From Candidatus Bathyarchaeota archaeon (GTDB taxonomy: Archaea > Thermoproteota > Bathyarchaeia > 40CM-2-53-6), in NCBI GenBank assembly GCA_963706285.1, contig CAVPLU010000004.1:288001-352000 (forward strand): a DNA stretch of 64,000 bases, in the 5' to 3' direction. Shown one piece after another: positions 20,689-29,223 of the stretch. The position numbers were made by a program, and so were the translations under genes. The notes beneath the pieces were generated by a model. That model did no database searches and was not told the DNA's origin. It saw nothing but the letters and a program-made list of their open reading frames with translations. How positions within the stretch are numbered: the stretch's first letter is position 1; each line of letters begins with the position of its first letter.

Positions 20689-22464
20689 CTAATGACGGAC
20701 GCGTTTTGATAGCAGCTGTGAGATTTCTGCGGGCACTGACGTAGGTGCAAGACAGGTCTTTCCAACGCATACATAGGCACGAGGTTCTTGCTCTGCAGAA
20801 TAACCAAGTCGGCTCATACGTTCCCTGTCAGTGTCAGGATCGAGCGGAACGATCAGTTTCCTAGGATCGTACACTCGAATGCTTGCATTGAGAAGCTCAG
20901 TGGTCAACCGCTCTTTTCTTGACCCGACTATTACGATCCGCGTTGGCTCGTTAAGGAAGAGATCAACTGCTAAGGCGTAAGTCGACGCGACGATGCCGTA
21001 TTTCGAATACTCTTCAGCCTGAGCCTCAAGCGTGGTCTTGGCTCTTTGACGATATGTTTCTTCGCCCGTGGCATGATGAAGTCTCGTTAGAAGCATGGCT
21101 GCGGAGCTGTTCTCGTCAAGCGGCTTCTCAGTTCGTTTCAGGTATCCAGGCAAGTCGGGATTAGGCGGAGAGTCATAATAGCCTCCGTTCTTGGTGTCAA
21201 GAAGTTGTTCGTCAAGATGACGGACTATCGCTTCCGCACGTTCCAGATATTTCACATCCCCTGTCGATTGGTATGCGTGAAGTAGTGCCTCGGCGAATTC
21301 GATCTGATCAGCGAGCAGACCCTGAAGCTGTGGTGTTCCATCTGACAAGCAGTGGTACATCGCAGGGTTTCTCTCATCATAGAGTTGGTTGAGGAGTCTA
21401 TTGATCGTCTTTAGAGCGAACTCTGTCAGTGTGGCGTCTTCGAGTAGCGGAGCCGTTTCTAGATACGCTCTTGTCATCAACCCGTTCCAATTTGTGTAGA
21501 TCGTTCTATCCACTCGCGGTTTATCCGAATTGACTCGCTCACTCTTTGGGAGTCTGTAGTAATTCTCGTCTGCGTCTTGACTTCCATAGAAGCCTCCTGC
21601 AGTCTGGTCGCTAAGCGTCAAATTCACGTACTGCACAATTTCTCCTGCCAGTCTTCGATACGCGTCTCTTCCTGTTGCTTGGTACGCGTGGAGGTACATT
21701 GAAAGAAGCTTTGCATTGTCCTCACACATTTTCTCGTAGTGTGGCGTCGTCCAGTCGCGAGTCGTCGAATACCGGAAGAAGCCGCCCTCCTCATGGTCGT
21801 AAATTCCTCCTCCGGCCATGCGGTCAAGTGTCTTGGTAACAATAGTCAGCAGTCCTTTATCGCCCGTGTTCCAGTGTTGAGTTAGAGCCAACTCTAGCGA
21901 GTCGGTTTGTGGGAATTTTGGGCTATCGCCAAAACCACCATACACTGAATCGAAACTCGCCACTACCAAGCCTAAGATGTCGTCGGTAATAGCGTGCGAG
22001 ATTTGAGTTGCCCCTGGACTCTTGACTGGCTCAGGTATGATGTCTGGGATCTCGGGCTGGCCATGGAGGTAGTGCTCTCTGACATTCCGGAGCATTTCTT
22101 TCATCTGGTCAGGAGGTATGTACGTTCCTCCGGTGATGACTCTGCCCTCTGAATTGAGGAAGGCTGTTGTGGGCCAGCCACCCATGTTGTATCTCCTGTT
22201 GATGTCAGGTCGCTTGTCATTGTCGACTCTGATTGGGACAAAGTATTGGTTGACGGACTGTATCACTTCTGGATCCGAGTAGGTTGTATGATCTTGGACG
22301 TGGCACCAATGACACCAAACAGCACTGATAGCTAGCAGTATCGGCTTCTTCTCAGACTCTGCTTTCTCGAACGCTTCAGTGCTCCACTCGAGCCACTGAA
22401 TTCTGCTATTGAGCGATTTCGACAAGGAGAGAGTCAGCGATTCGATTCGCGATCCGCTGTGCAA
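20689..22464 (-). CDS. DUF255/YyaL thioredoxin-domain protein
   Basis: WCHWCH, GGWPTT, GGFG..PKFP, PHYEKM and GGFYGSQDAD motifs. Confidence 0.92.
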   Translation of the reverse strand: MHSGSRIESLTLSLSKSLNSRIQWLEWSTEAFEKAESEKKPILLAISAVWCHWCHVQDHTTYSDPEVIQSVNQYFVPIRVDNDKRPDINRRYNMGGWPTTAFLNSEGRVITGGTYIPPDQMKEMLRNVREHYLHGQPEIPDIIPEPVKSPGATQISHAITDDILGLVVASFDSVYGGFGDSPKFPQTDSLELALTQHWNTGDKGLLTIVTKTLDRMAGGGIYDHEEGGFFRYSTTRDWTTPHYEKMCEDNAKLLSMYLHAYQATGRDAYRRLAGEIVQYVNLTLSDQTAGGFYGSQDADENYYRLPKSERVNSDKPRVDRTIYTNWNGLMTRAYLETAPLLEDATLTEFALKTINRLLNQLYDERNPAMYHCLSDGTPQLQGLLADQIEFAEALLHAYQSTGDVKYLERAEAIVRHLDEQLLDTKNGGYYDSPPNPDLPGYLKRTEKPLDENSSAAMLLTRLHHATGEETYRQRAKTTLEAQAEEYSKYGIVASTYALAVDLFLNEPTRIVIVGSRKERLTTELLNASIRVYDPRKLIVPLDPDTDRERMSRLGYSAEQEPRAYVCVGKTCLAPTSVPAEISQLLSKRVRH

Positions 22465-22551
22465 TATAAGGCTCGTGCCTCACATCCTGGTCAGGCGCTA
22501 ATTTCGTTTTTTTGAGCCTCATGGTGGATACTGAATATTTCCAGTTCAGTT

Positions 22552-23259
22552 CTACGTGGTCTCTTCCTGCCGACTGGAAGAAGAAGCCACGGACACTCCA
22601 TGCAGGCACGTTGAGTCGCCGGACAGTTCTTTTTCGATATCTCCAAAGACCTCCCTTGCCCTTTCAATCGTTTTCTGAGACGCTCGATCTTTCTCACTTT
22701 TCAAGAAATCAGCAAGTTCTCGATGTGTTCGTAGCAGATCGTTCCTTCTGTTCTGCTCATCCAAGGGTTTGTCACCTTGAAGTTTCACGTCTCCTTCCGC
22801 GAAACCTTCTGCGAAGTACCAGTCTTTGAACCAGGTGCATCCTGATTTCCAAAGCAGGTATCCGATCTGAGTGGCTGGCGGTGGGTACCCGCGTTCCAGA
22901 CCCTCTCTTGTCTCTTCATGATTATGGTAGACCACCATGAAGTGAGCGCCTGCTGGTAGAAGGCTCGAAAGAGTAGCGAATAGTCTCTTGTCCAATCCTC
23001 TCTCAGAGAGGCTCAAAGTCCCAGATTGGCCGAACGATGCATGATCGAAGTAGTAGATGTCGATCCAAGGCTTGTAGAACTCTCCTCTTCCAGAGAAATA
23101 CTTGCCTCGTACGACGGACTCTTGAGAAACCTCACCATCGATGGTCCTCAAATAGCATTCAAAGTTCGTTTCTTCTTTGAACCGCCCTGGAGTGATATTG
23201 GCTAACTGGATGAGGAAGCCATCCAATTCCATGCCCGTCGATGATGGTGATGGAACCAT
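22552..23259 (-). CDS. DUF1122-family protein
   Basis: FSGRG.FYKPWI and TWFKDWYFAEG..EG..KLQ motifs. Confidence 0.85.
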   Translation of the reverse strand: MVPSPSSTGMELDGFLIQLANITPGRFKEETNFECYLRTIDGEVSQESVVRGKYFSGRGEFYKPWIDIYYFDHASFGQSGTLSLSERGLDKRLFATLSSLLPAGAHFMVVYHNHEETREGLERGYPPPATQIGYLLWKSGCTWFKDWYFAEGFAEGDVKLQGDKPLDEQNRRNDLLRTHRELADFLKSEKDRASQKTIERAREVFGDIEKELSGDSTCLHGVSVASSSSRQEETT

Positions 23260-23537
23260 TTCCAGACATCAGGGCCACTCAGCTAACAATCGAGCTTCGA
23301 TTGCACGTTATGCACGATCCAGCTCCAAAGAGGTGCCGCTCTCCGGGAAAGAGGTGCCGCTTTTGAGGGGTCGGGGAGGATCTCCACGACGCCATCGCTC
23401 TATCTGACGTGTCAGAAGCGGTGCGATGACTAAATCACCGGGGAACGGCCCACTGGGGGGACTTCGCCTATTCTTACTTGCTGGACTTTGATCGAGATGG
23501 GAAGCGTCATAGCTTGATAATTTGCAGGGCTGCATTG

Positions 23538-24650
23538 CTAAGTACTGAGAAGTTCGTGCAGCCTCTTGATGGCCTTGTTCTTCTCGTTCTCTGCAACATT
23601 CGCCTTTTCGGTCGCATTCTGGATGATCTCGATCGTATGGTGGTAGGTTCTCCTGTCCACTGGATACGGTATCCCGTCTTTGCCTCCATGGGCAAAACTA
23701 TACCTTGCCGGGTCCTTCCACGATGGCGCGGTCCCGTAGACCAGTTCGGAGACCAGCGCTAGAGCTCTGATGGCTTTCGGTCCAACGCCTCTAATCGCGA
23801 CCAGCTCCTCGTAATTGCTGGGTTGGAACTCGTATGCTCTGCGAAGTGCCTCAATCGTTGTCTTAGATAGTCCTGCTATGGAGTGCTGAGTCGGCATGAT
23901 GAGAGTCAGCATTCCTTGGTGATCTGGCAGATACTGATCGATAGACGCTTGCTCTGCTTCTCGAGTGAGACCTCGAAGGTGGTCTGGGTTGTCTCGAACA
24001 AGATCGAGGCTGACTTTTCTTGATTCTTCGCTATCCCGAGCGGTCATGTCAAGCACAGATTCTCCTCGACGATCGCTCGCGATGCCTGTGTGAGGTTCCT
24101 CAACGAAACTGCTTACCCCGTCAGATAGCCAGTGGTAGCGTCGGGCCAATCGTTCCTGCATCCCTTGCTGAACAACCGCCCAATCCCCCTCCTCGCTGAG
24201 TATGAAGACGTGGTGATAGAGCTGGTATCCGTCCTGCACGCAACTATTGTCGACTTTAGCTGCCATCCGGCTCGCGTATTTTAGCGACTCAACCTGATGA
24301 GAAGATAGTGAGAACACGTTCGCGAGGTCTTCAATCTCGTCCTGTGTACGTCTTGAGACTCTCCCTTTCCCGCCACATACTGCGATGCCAAAATCATCCG
24401 GCTTAATGCCTTCTTTCAGTGCTCCGCATACTGTGGTGGTTAGTCCTGATGAATGCCAGTCGAAACCGAGCGTACATCCAAAAGCTTGGAAGAAGAATGG
24501 GTCGCTGATTCTTCGGAGAAACTCCTGTCTCCCGTACTCTTGCACGATCAGTTTGGATATGGCTGCGCCTAGATGCTTCATTTCTCGGAAAAGCCAAGGC
24601 GGGCATCTGCCAGGGTGGAGAGGAAGCTGAGCTAGGCCGACTCTGCTCAT
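23538..24650 (-). CDS. DUF763-family protein
   Basis: LPLH.G.CP.WL, DWHSSGLTT and FAHGGKDG.PYPV motifs. Confidence 0.92.
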   Translation of the reverse strand: MSRVGLAQLPLHPGRCPPWLFREMKHLGAAISKLIVQEYGRQEFLRRISDPFFFQAFGCTLGFDWHSSGLTTTVCGALKEGIKPDDFGIAVCGGKGRVSRRTQDEIEDLANVFSLSSHQVESLKYASRMAAKVDNSCVQDGYQLYHHVFILSEEGDWAVVQQGMQERLARRYHWLSDGVSSFVEEPHTGIASDRRGESVLDMTARDSEESRKVSLDLVRDNPDHLRGLTREAEQASIDQYLPDHQGMLTLIMPTQHSIAGLSKTTIEALRRAYEFQPSNYEELVAIRGVGPKAIRALALVSELVYGTAPSWKDPARYSFAHGGKDGIPYPVDRRTYHHTIEIIQNATEKANVAENEKNKAIKRLHELLST

Positions 24651-24771
24651 GGCGTTGCATAGTTCAGTGTTCGCCTAGATTAATCATAGAAGGCCTCGCA
24701 TGACACAAAGCTCAACATAGAGGTAGGTTGAACTCCAGCACGCCTTACAAGCGATCCAAGGTTGGAATCGT

Positions 24772-25650
24772 GTGCGAATCGGTTCAAGCATCGTGCTGAT
24801 CATTGGAATTATCGCCGTTTCAGCTGCATCGATTCTAATTCGCAACGCGCAGACCCAGGCGCCTTCACTAGTCATTGCAGCCTACCGCTTGGCGATCGCG
24901 TCGCTCGTGGTTGTGCCTGTAGCCCTGTGGCGCAACCAGAACGAGTTGCATAGGCTCCGTGCAAAGGAGTGGATCCTAATGATTATCGCTGGTGTATTCC
25001 TTGCACTTCACTTTGCGACATGGGTTACTTCGCTTGAGTACACATCAGTGACGAGTTCAGTTGTGCTGGTCACTACCTCGCCGTTATGGGTTGCCTTGGT
25101 GTCATGGATTATTCTCCGCGAAAGACTGACGCGCCCAATAATCTTCGGATTGATCGTGGCGGTCGTCGGCGGTTTCATCATAGGTTTGGGCGATACAACG
25201 CAAGGATCCAGAAGTGCTCCGCTGCTTGGCGATTCTCTAGCACTTCTCGGCGCTTTCATGGTGACGGGCTACTGGCTGATCGGCAGGCGCATACGCAGCT
25301 CGCAGTCACTGACGTCATACGTAGCGATCGTCTACGGTACAGCCGCCGTAGTCTTGCTCATGATGGTTGGAGCAGCACATCAATCGCTGGCAGGCTATGA
25401 TCCGGTCATCTACCTGTGGTTGGTATTACTTGCGCTGGTCCCTCAACTGATTGGTCATTCATCATTCAATTGGGCGCTCGCGCGTCTACCGGCCGTATCA
25501 GTGGCTGTTGCTACACTGGGCGAACCAATTGGAGCCTCTATCTTAGCATACTTTCTGCTCGGAGAAGCGCCAACAACGCTTACCATGCTAGGCGCCGTGT
25601 TAGTCCTTACCGGTATTGCGTTGACTCTACGCGCTCAACCAAACGCCTGA
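24772..25650 (+). CDS. EamA/DMT transporter
   Basis: Two EamA repeats with LALHF..W and GEPIGA motifs. Confidence 0.92.
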   Translation: MRIGSSIVLIIGIIAVSAASILIRNAQTQAPSLVIAAYRLAIASLVVVPVALWRNQNELHRLRAKEWILMIIAGVFLALHFATWVTSLEYTSVTSSVVLVTTSPLWVALVSWIILRERLTRPIIFGLIVAVVGGFIIGLGDTTQGSRSAPLLGDSLALLGAFMVTGYWLIGRRIRSSQSLTSYVAIVYGTAAVVLLMMVGAAHQSLAGYDPVIYLWLVLLALVPQLIGHSSFNWALARLPAVSVAVATLGEPIGASILAYFLLGEAPTTLTMLGAVLVLTGIALTLRAQPNA

Positions 25651-25730
25651 ACCGGCTACGAATCAAATAACCCGCTGAAAGAGAATCAAGTGAGGGAAGG
25701 TTGAACATTCGTAGTGGGAGAATGTCTAGT

Positions 25731-25893
25731 TGGCGCCGCCGGAAGGATTCGAACCTCTAGTCGCGCCCGCGCGCTTCGACCAACGGGTCGCTGCCATGTG
25801 GCTAACAGCTTCAGCCTCAATCTTCTCGATTGAGTCCGCTGCTCTGCCACTGAGCTATCGTCTATGATCAAAGGATTGATCGTAAACGGCGGC
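25731..25893 (-). tRNA. tRNA-Asn(GTT) with four introns (8/9, 30/31, 37/38, 50/51)
   Basis: Removing 25885-25857, 25835-25810, 25802-25789 and 25775-25757 gives GCCGCCGTAGCTCAGTGGCAGAGCAGCGGGCTGTTAACCCGTTGGTCGAAGGTTCGAATCCTTCCGGCGGCGCCA, a 75-nt cloverleaf with encoded CCA. Confidence 0.92.
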
Positions 25894-25932
25894 TCTATTC
25901 GGCGGCACCGATTTCACGGAGCCTCAAGCCGC

Positions 25933-25940
25933 TTATTTAA
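25933..25940 (-). promoter_or_regulatory. TATA box of tRNA-Asn
   Basis: TTAAATAA on the minus strand, about 40 nt upstream of G1. Confidence 0.6.
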
Positions 25941-26236
25941 GAGTTCATCGTCGACCGAATCCAGACCAAACTCATCAAAAACCGAATTGGGTGACATTCC
26001 GTTCTACCGTAGATCCAAAGAGCTCACGCTCGAGCCGAAGTGGTTGTTGGATAAGGACGGTTGCAGACCTATGATCTTGATTTCACAGATCAGCGATGAA
26101 TTGCTCGACTTCCTAATGGCGAGAGATCGACTAGCCTAACCCTCAATGCAATCATTCTTAACTGCGCTCAAGTCGGAAGAGTTCGCTTCATTACTCAATG
26201 CGAAAGCTCCTGGACTGAGACCGGGAGACTATTCTG

Positions 26237-26552
26237 CTAGCTTGATCCAGACGGCGTCTGTTTTGACCGTCGGATGTTTTGAATTTCTACTGCCAGGCTC
26301 TTCAGCACATTCGATCTAGTTTTGTCTCCTCGCTTGACCACAACATCAGCCGGTCTTCTCCCACCAGCGATAAGGGAGCGCCGAGTGCGGGGAGGGCTGC
26401 GGGTCGTACGATAGTTTCCTTGCCGCTTGCTCCAATTCATCAACTCGGGGCGCTTGAACTGAGTGAGATTTTGCGAGGCTCCTTCCTTGAGATCTGGATT
26501 TTGTCGAGTCGAGCGCTGCGGGCCAGACTACCATCTTTCCGTTCTGTTTCAA
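26237..26552 (-). CDS. srp19: Signal recognition particle protein SRP19, split by a +1 frameshift near 26347
   Basis: VVWPAALDSTKSRSQGR...PYRWWEKTG, then the next frame gives VVVKRGDKTRSNVLKSLA; span 316 = 3n+1. Confidence 0.88.
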
Positions 26553-26606
26553 CCCGTGGACACTCCGCTCTCGTTGGATGCCTCGCGAGTTCAGCCGAGA
26601 AACGAT

Positions 26607-27002
26607 CTAGGCTTGGGCCTTCTGGGTAAGAATTGCGTTGACAACGCCGTGTTGTCCTGGTCGTGAGGTCACACGGGCTTGCCCCAAGGGAGTCTCGAGT
26701 ATGGCGCCTTTCGTTATCACGCCTCGACGTTGATAGTCAACATTGGCTGGGTTCTTGACAACGCTCTTGATCTCGGTCTTCTCTGTCTTCCCAGTTGCTG
26801 GGTCTGTCACGTTTGCGAATTTGGTTGCGAGCACGCTAAGTTTGGTCGTGCCGCCACGTCCTCGTTTCGCTACTATTCGAGGTTCGCCTATCACGGTCGC
26901 TGCGGGGTCGCTGCCCATCTCGTATGCACGCTTACCTCGGAAGATCTTTCTTCGTCCTCCGGAAGGTTTGCGTTTGTGTAGGTCACCATGCCATTGAGGC
27001 AA
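26607..27002 (-). CDS. rps8e: 30S ribosomal protein S8e
   Basis: RKPSGGR, RGRGG and ITKGA..ET.LG.ARVTSRPGQHG motifs. Confidence 0.97.
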   Translation of the reverse strand: MPQWHGDLHKRKPSGGRRKIFRGKRAYEMGSDPAATVIGEPRIVAKRGRGGTTKLSVLATKFANVTDPATGKTEKTEIKSVVKNPANVDYQRRGVITKGAILETPLGQARVTSRPGQHGVVNAILTQKAQA

Positions 27003-27182
27003 TTCAGGGTACGCTCCAAACTAAGACGCGTGCACACCTCTCAGCACGGCATATAAGAATTGCTTGCTCTGGCATGACACCGTTTCGGCGAGAGCCTGAC
27101 CGTTTCCAAAGAGTTTGTGCTATCGGCGGGGGCAGCCGTGCTTCCGTTGTCGCCTGACACGTGGTGATGGATCGAACGTAAC

Positions 27183-27368
27183 TCATCCTCTGGCCACGTA
27201 GCATTTGTCACATGTTCGAATTGCTTCGACGTAGTCCATGTAGGGGCCTCTAGTTGATGTGCCCACGTATCGAATACAATTGAAGCAGACTGATTTCTCG
27301 CAGAATCTGCATTTCGCCCATTTTCGCTCCTCATCCTCACGTAGGAGTAGCGCCCGCATGTAGCGCAC
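27183..27368 (-). CDS. Small Cys-rich Zn-finger protein
   Basis: CRFC, CFNC and CDKC in 61 aa. Confidence 0.65.
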   Translation of the reverse strand: MRYMRALLLREDEERKWAKCRFCEKSVCFNCIRYVGTSTRGPYMDYVEAIRTCDKCYVARG

Positions 27369-27426
27369 TTGAGATCAGAAGTCCTCTCTTCGTCGAATCA
27401 TGACTATGCTTCTCCCTCGTGTTCGC

Positions 27427-27826
27427 TTAGAGGTCCAGAGGCAGTTTGCCTACGGCCTTTGCGAGGTCGGCTGCGGTGAAGACTCCGATCGGCTTTCCAT
27501 CACTCACGACTACAAGTCGTCTCACCTTCATCTCGGCCATGATTCGTGCGGCTTCTTTGACATCCGTGGTTGCTGCGACGGTGATCAATGGTGACGATGC
27601 GTAGGCCCGAACTGTAACCGCGGTCAGGTCTCTTCTTTTCCGGAACAACTCTTGACAATAGATCACGTTCGGTGAAGATTGCGTTAACAACTCCTTTGGA
27701 TGACACCAGAATGCTCCCGACGTGCTTCTCTCCCATAAGCTTGCAGGCGTCAGCTACTGACGTTTCCGAGTCCACGGTCAGCGGAGGTTGACTCATGAAG
27801 TCTCTGACTACGACCAACTCTTTCAC
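27427..27826 (-). CDS. CBS-pair protein, split by a +1 frameshift near 27632
   Basis: First CBS (IFTERDLL) and second CBS (VRRLVVV...GVFTAADL) lie in different frames; span 400 = 3n+1. Confidence 0.85.
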
Positions 27827-27884
27827 AGGTATAGAGTTTCTACTGCTTACGGATAAGTTCTCATGCCGTAACGGTAATTGAATG

Positions 27885-28559
27885 TTAGTTAGTGGTGGCG
27901 TTCGTCTCCGCGGGCGTTGCCACGTTCACGTCCGTTTCTTCCTGTGGAGGGTTGTTTGCATGCGCTTCCTGCGGCTGAGCTGGCGGGGCTCCTCCCGGTT
28001 GAACGGACTTGACATCTTCCATTATCTTCTGAATCTGTTTCTTCATGAGTCGGGAATCCTGACTGAGGTTAAAGTAATCGCAGAAGCTTGGGGTCGTTGT
28101 AAGGACTTTTGATCTACCAAGCTTTTCCTCTGAGATCAATCCCATGTCTCGAAGTTGTTTAACGTGCCCGTAGGCTAGGTTGCCTCTGACCTTCACAACA
28201 TGTGACTGGGCCACGGGTTGGCGTAGAGCGATGTAGGAAAGCGTCTTGAGGGGGCCAGGAGTTAGAAGTTGCCTCGTTGCCAGACGTTTCACACTTTTCG
28301 AGTATTCTGGTTTCAGCTGCATGACGTATCGGCCGTCAGATAGTTCAAGAACCTCGAGCGCTCCCGAGTCCTGTGCATACTTCTCTTTCAGCTCTGCCGC
28401 AAGCTTGCGTATTTTGTCCTCTGAGCGCATGTTGAGAATTGATCCTAAGACGCCAACGTCGAGAGGCTTGCCAGTTACATACAATGCGGCCTCGATCATT
28501 GAGATCTGAGTCTTTGTGCGTTCGTCTGCACTTTTTTCGATCTGCTGGGTCTCAGACAA
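27885..28559 (-). CDS. scpB: Condensin subunit ScpB
   Basis: IEAALY, LKTLSYIA.RQP and TTPSFCDYF motifs; Pro/Gln-rich tail; TTG start inferred. Confidence 0.93.
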   Translation of the reverse strand: MSETQQIEKSADERTKTQISMIEAALYVTGKPLDVGVLGSILNMRSEDKIRKLAAELKEKYAQDSGALEVLELSDGRYVMQLKPEYSKSVKRLATRQLLTPGPLKTLSYIALRQPVAQSHVVKVRGNLAYGHVKQLRDMGLISEEKLGRSKVLTTTPSFCDYFNLSQDSRLMKKQIQKIMEDVKSVQPGGAPPAQPQEAHANNPPQEETDVNVATPAETNATTN

Positions 28560-29223
28560 TTGCAGGCGCAACCTCCGGTAGGCTGATGAGTATGTCACCC
28601 CGGTCTTCTTTCTGGCTCAAGTTCACCTTGTTCTGCATAACTAGAAAGAGGAGCATGATGAAGGTCCTAACAGCATCCAGCAGCGAAGAGTCCTTGGTGA
28701 GTTGCAGGAATGAGAGCGTGGCTTCTGGGCTAGCTTTTCGTAGAAGTGTGGCGTAGAATACCTCGATGTTCTTCTCGATATTAGCGAGGAACTCATCCAT
28801 TTGTTCAAGTATCTCTGGTGGACTGAGCAGGCTCTTTCTCTCAGCGAGAGCTAGGCTCTCACGTTTCAGCACTTCCTCAAGCACTGAGAGAACTTGTTCG
28901 ATGGAAGTTGCGGTGTATTCGAATCGAATAGGGAACGGGAGCGGTGGCGGAACCTCCTCGTTGGGTCTCGGAATCGGAGGCTTCGGTGGTTCCTCCATCT
29001 TGAGCACGAGCTCAGACTTCATTCTGTGGATCATTGAAGATGATAGGAGAGCGGTTCCTGAGGCAGAGAAGTCGATGAAACCTTGTTTCTTCATCTCTGC
29101 TAGGAAGGTGTTGAGTAGGTATGTGATGTTCACATCCCATGGTTTGATGCGATGTAGCTTAAGCAGGTCGAAGAGAATCATGTATGGAGGTCGCAGCCAG
29201 AATGGCTTCTCGGTTATGTCCAT
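28552..29223 (-). CDS. scpA: Condensin kleisin ScpA
   Basis: IKPWDVNI, SGTALLSSS and FIMLLFL motifs; lies between smc and scpB. Confidence 0.9.
   Translation of the reverse strand: MDITEKPFWLRPPYMILFDLLKLHRIKPWDVNITYLLNTFLAEMKKQGFIDFSASGTALLSSSMIHRMKSELVLKMEEPPKPPIPRPNEEVPPPLPFPIRFEYTATSIEQVLSVLEEVLKRESLALAERKSLLSPPEILEQMDEFLANIEKNIEVFYATLLRKASPEATLSFLQLTKDSSLLDAVRTFIMLLFLVMQNKVNLSQKEDRGDILISLPEVAPAIV

Noticed and set aside
23440-23470. Minus-strand GAAGTCCCCCCA resembling the RNase P RNA P4 motif
   Set aside because: The partner 3' P4 strand and the required length are absent.
25686-25871. 61-aa ORF (and the 5' part of ORF 25864-26139)
   Set aside because: Overlaps the tRNA-Asn gene; spurious.
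25894-25906. Upstream acceptor copy as the true 5' exon with a fifth intron
   Set aside because: No BHB can be drawn for the 13-nt segment (nor for 6 nt in tRNA-Ile2).
27065-27170. GC-rich hairpin with ATGA/CTGA/ACA as a C/D or H/ACA sRNA
   Set aside because: Boxes and spacing are not canonical, and no guide target could be identified.
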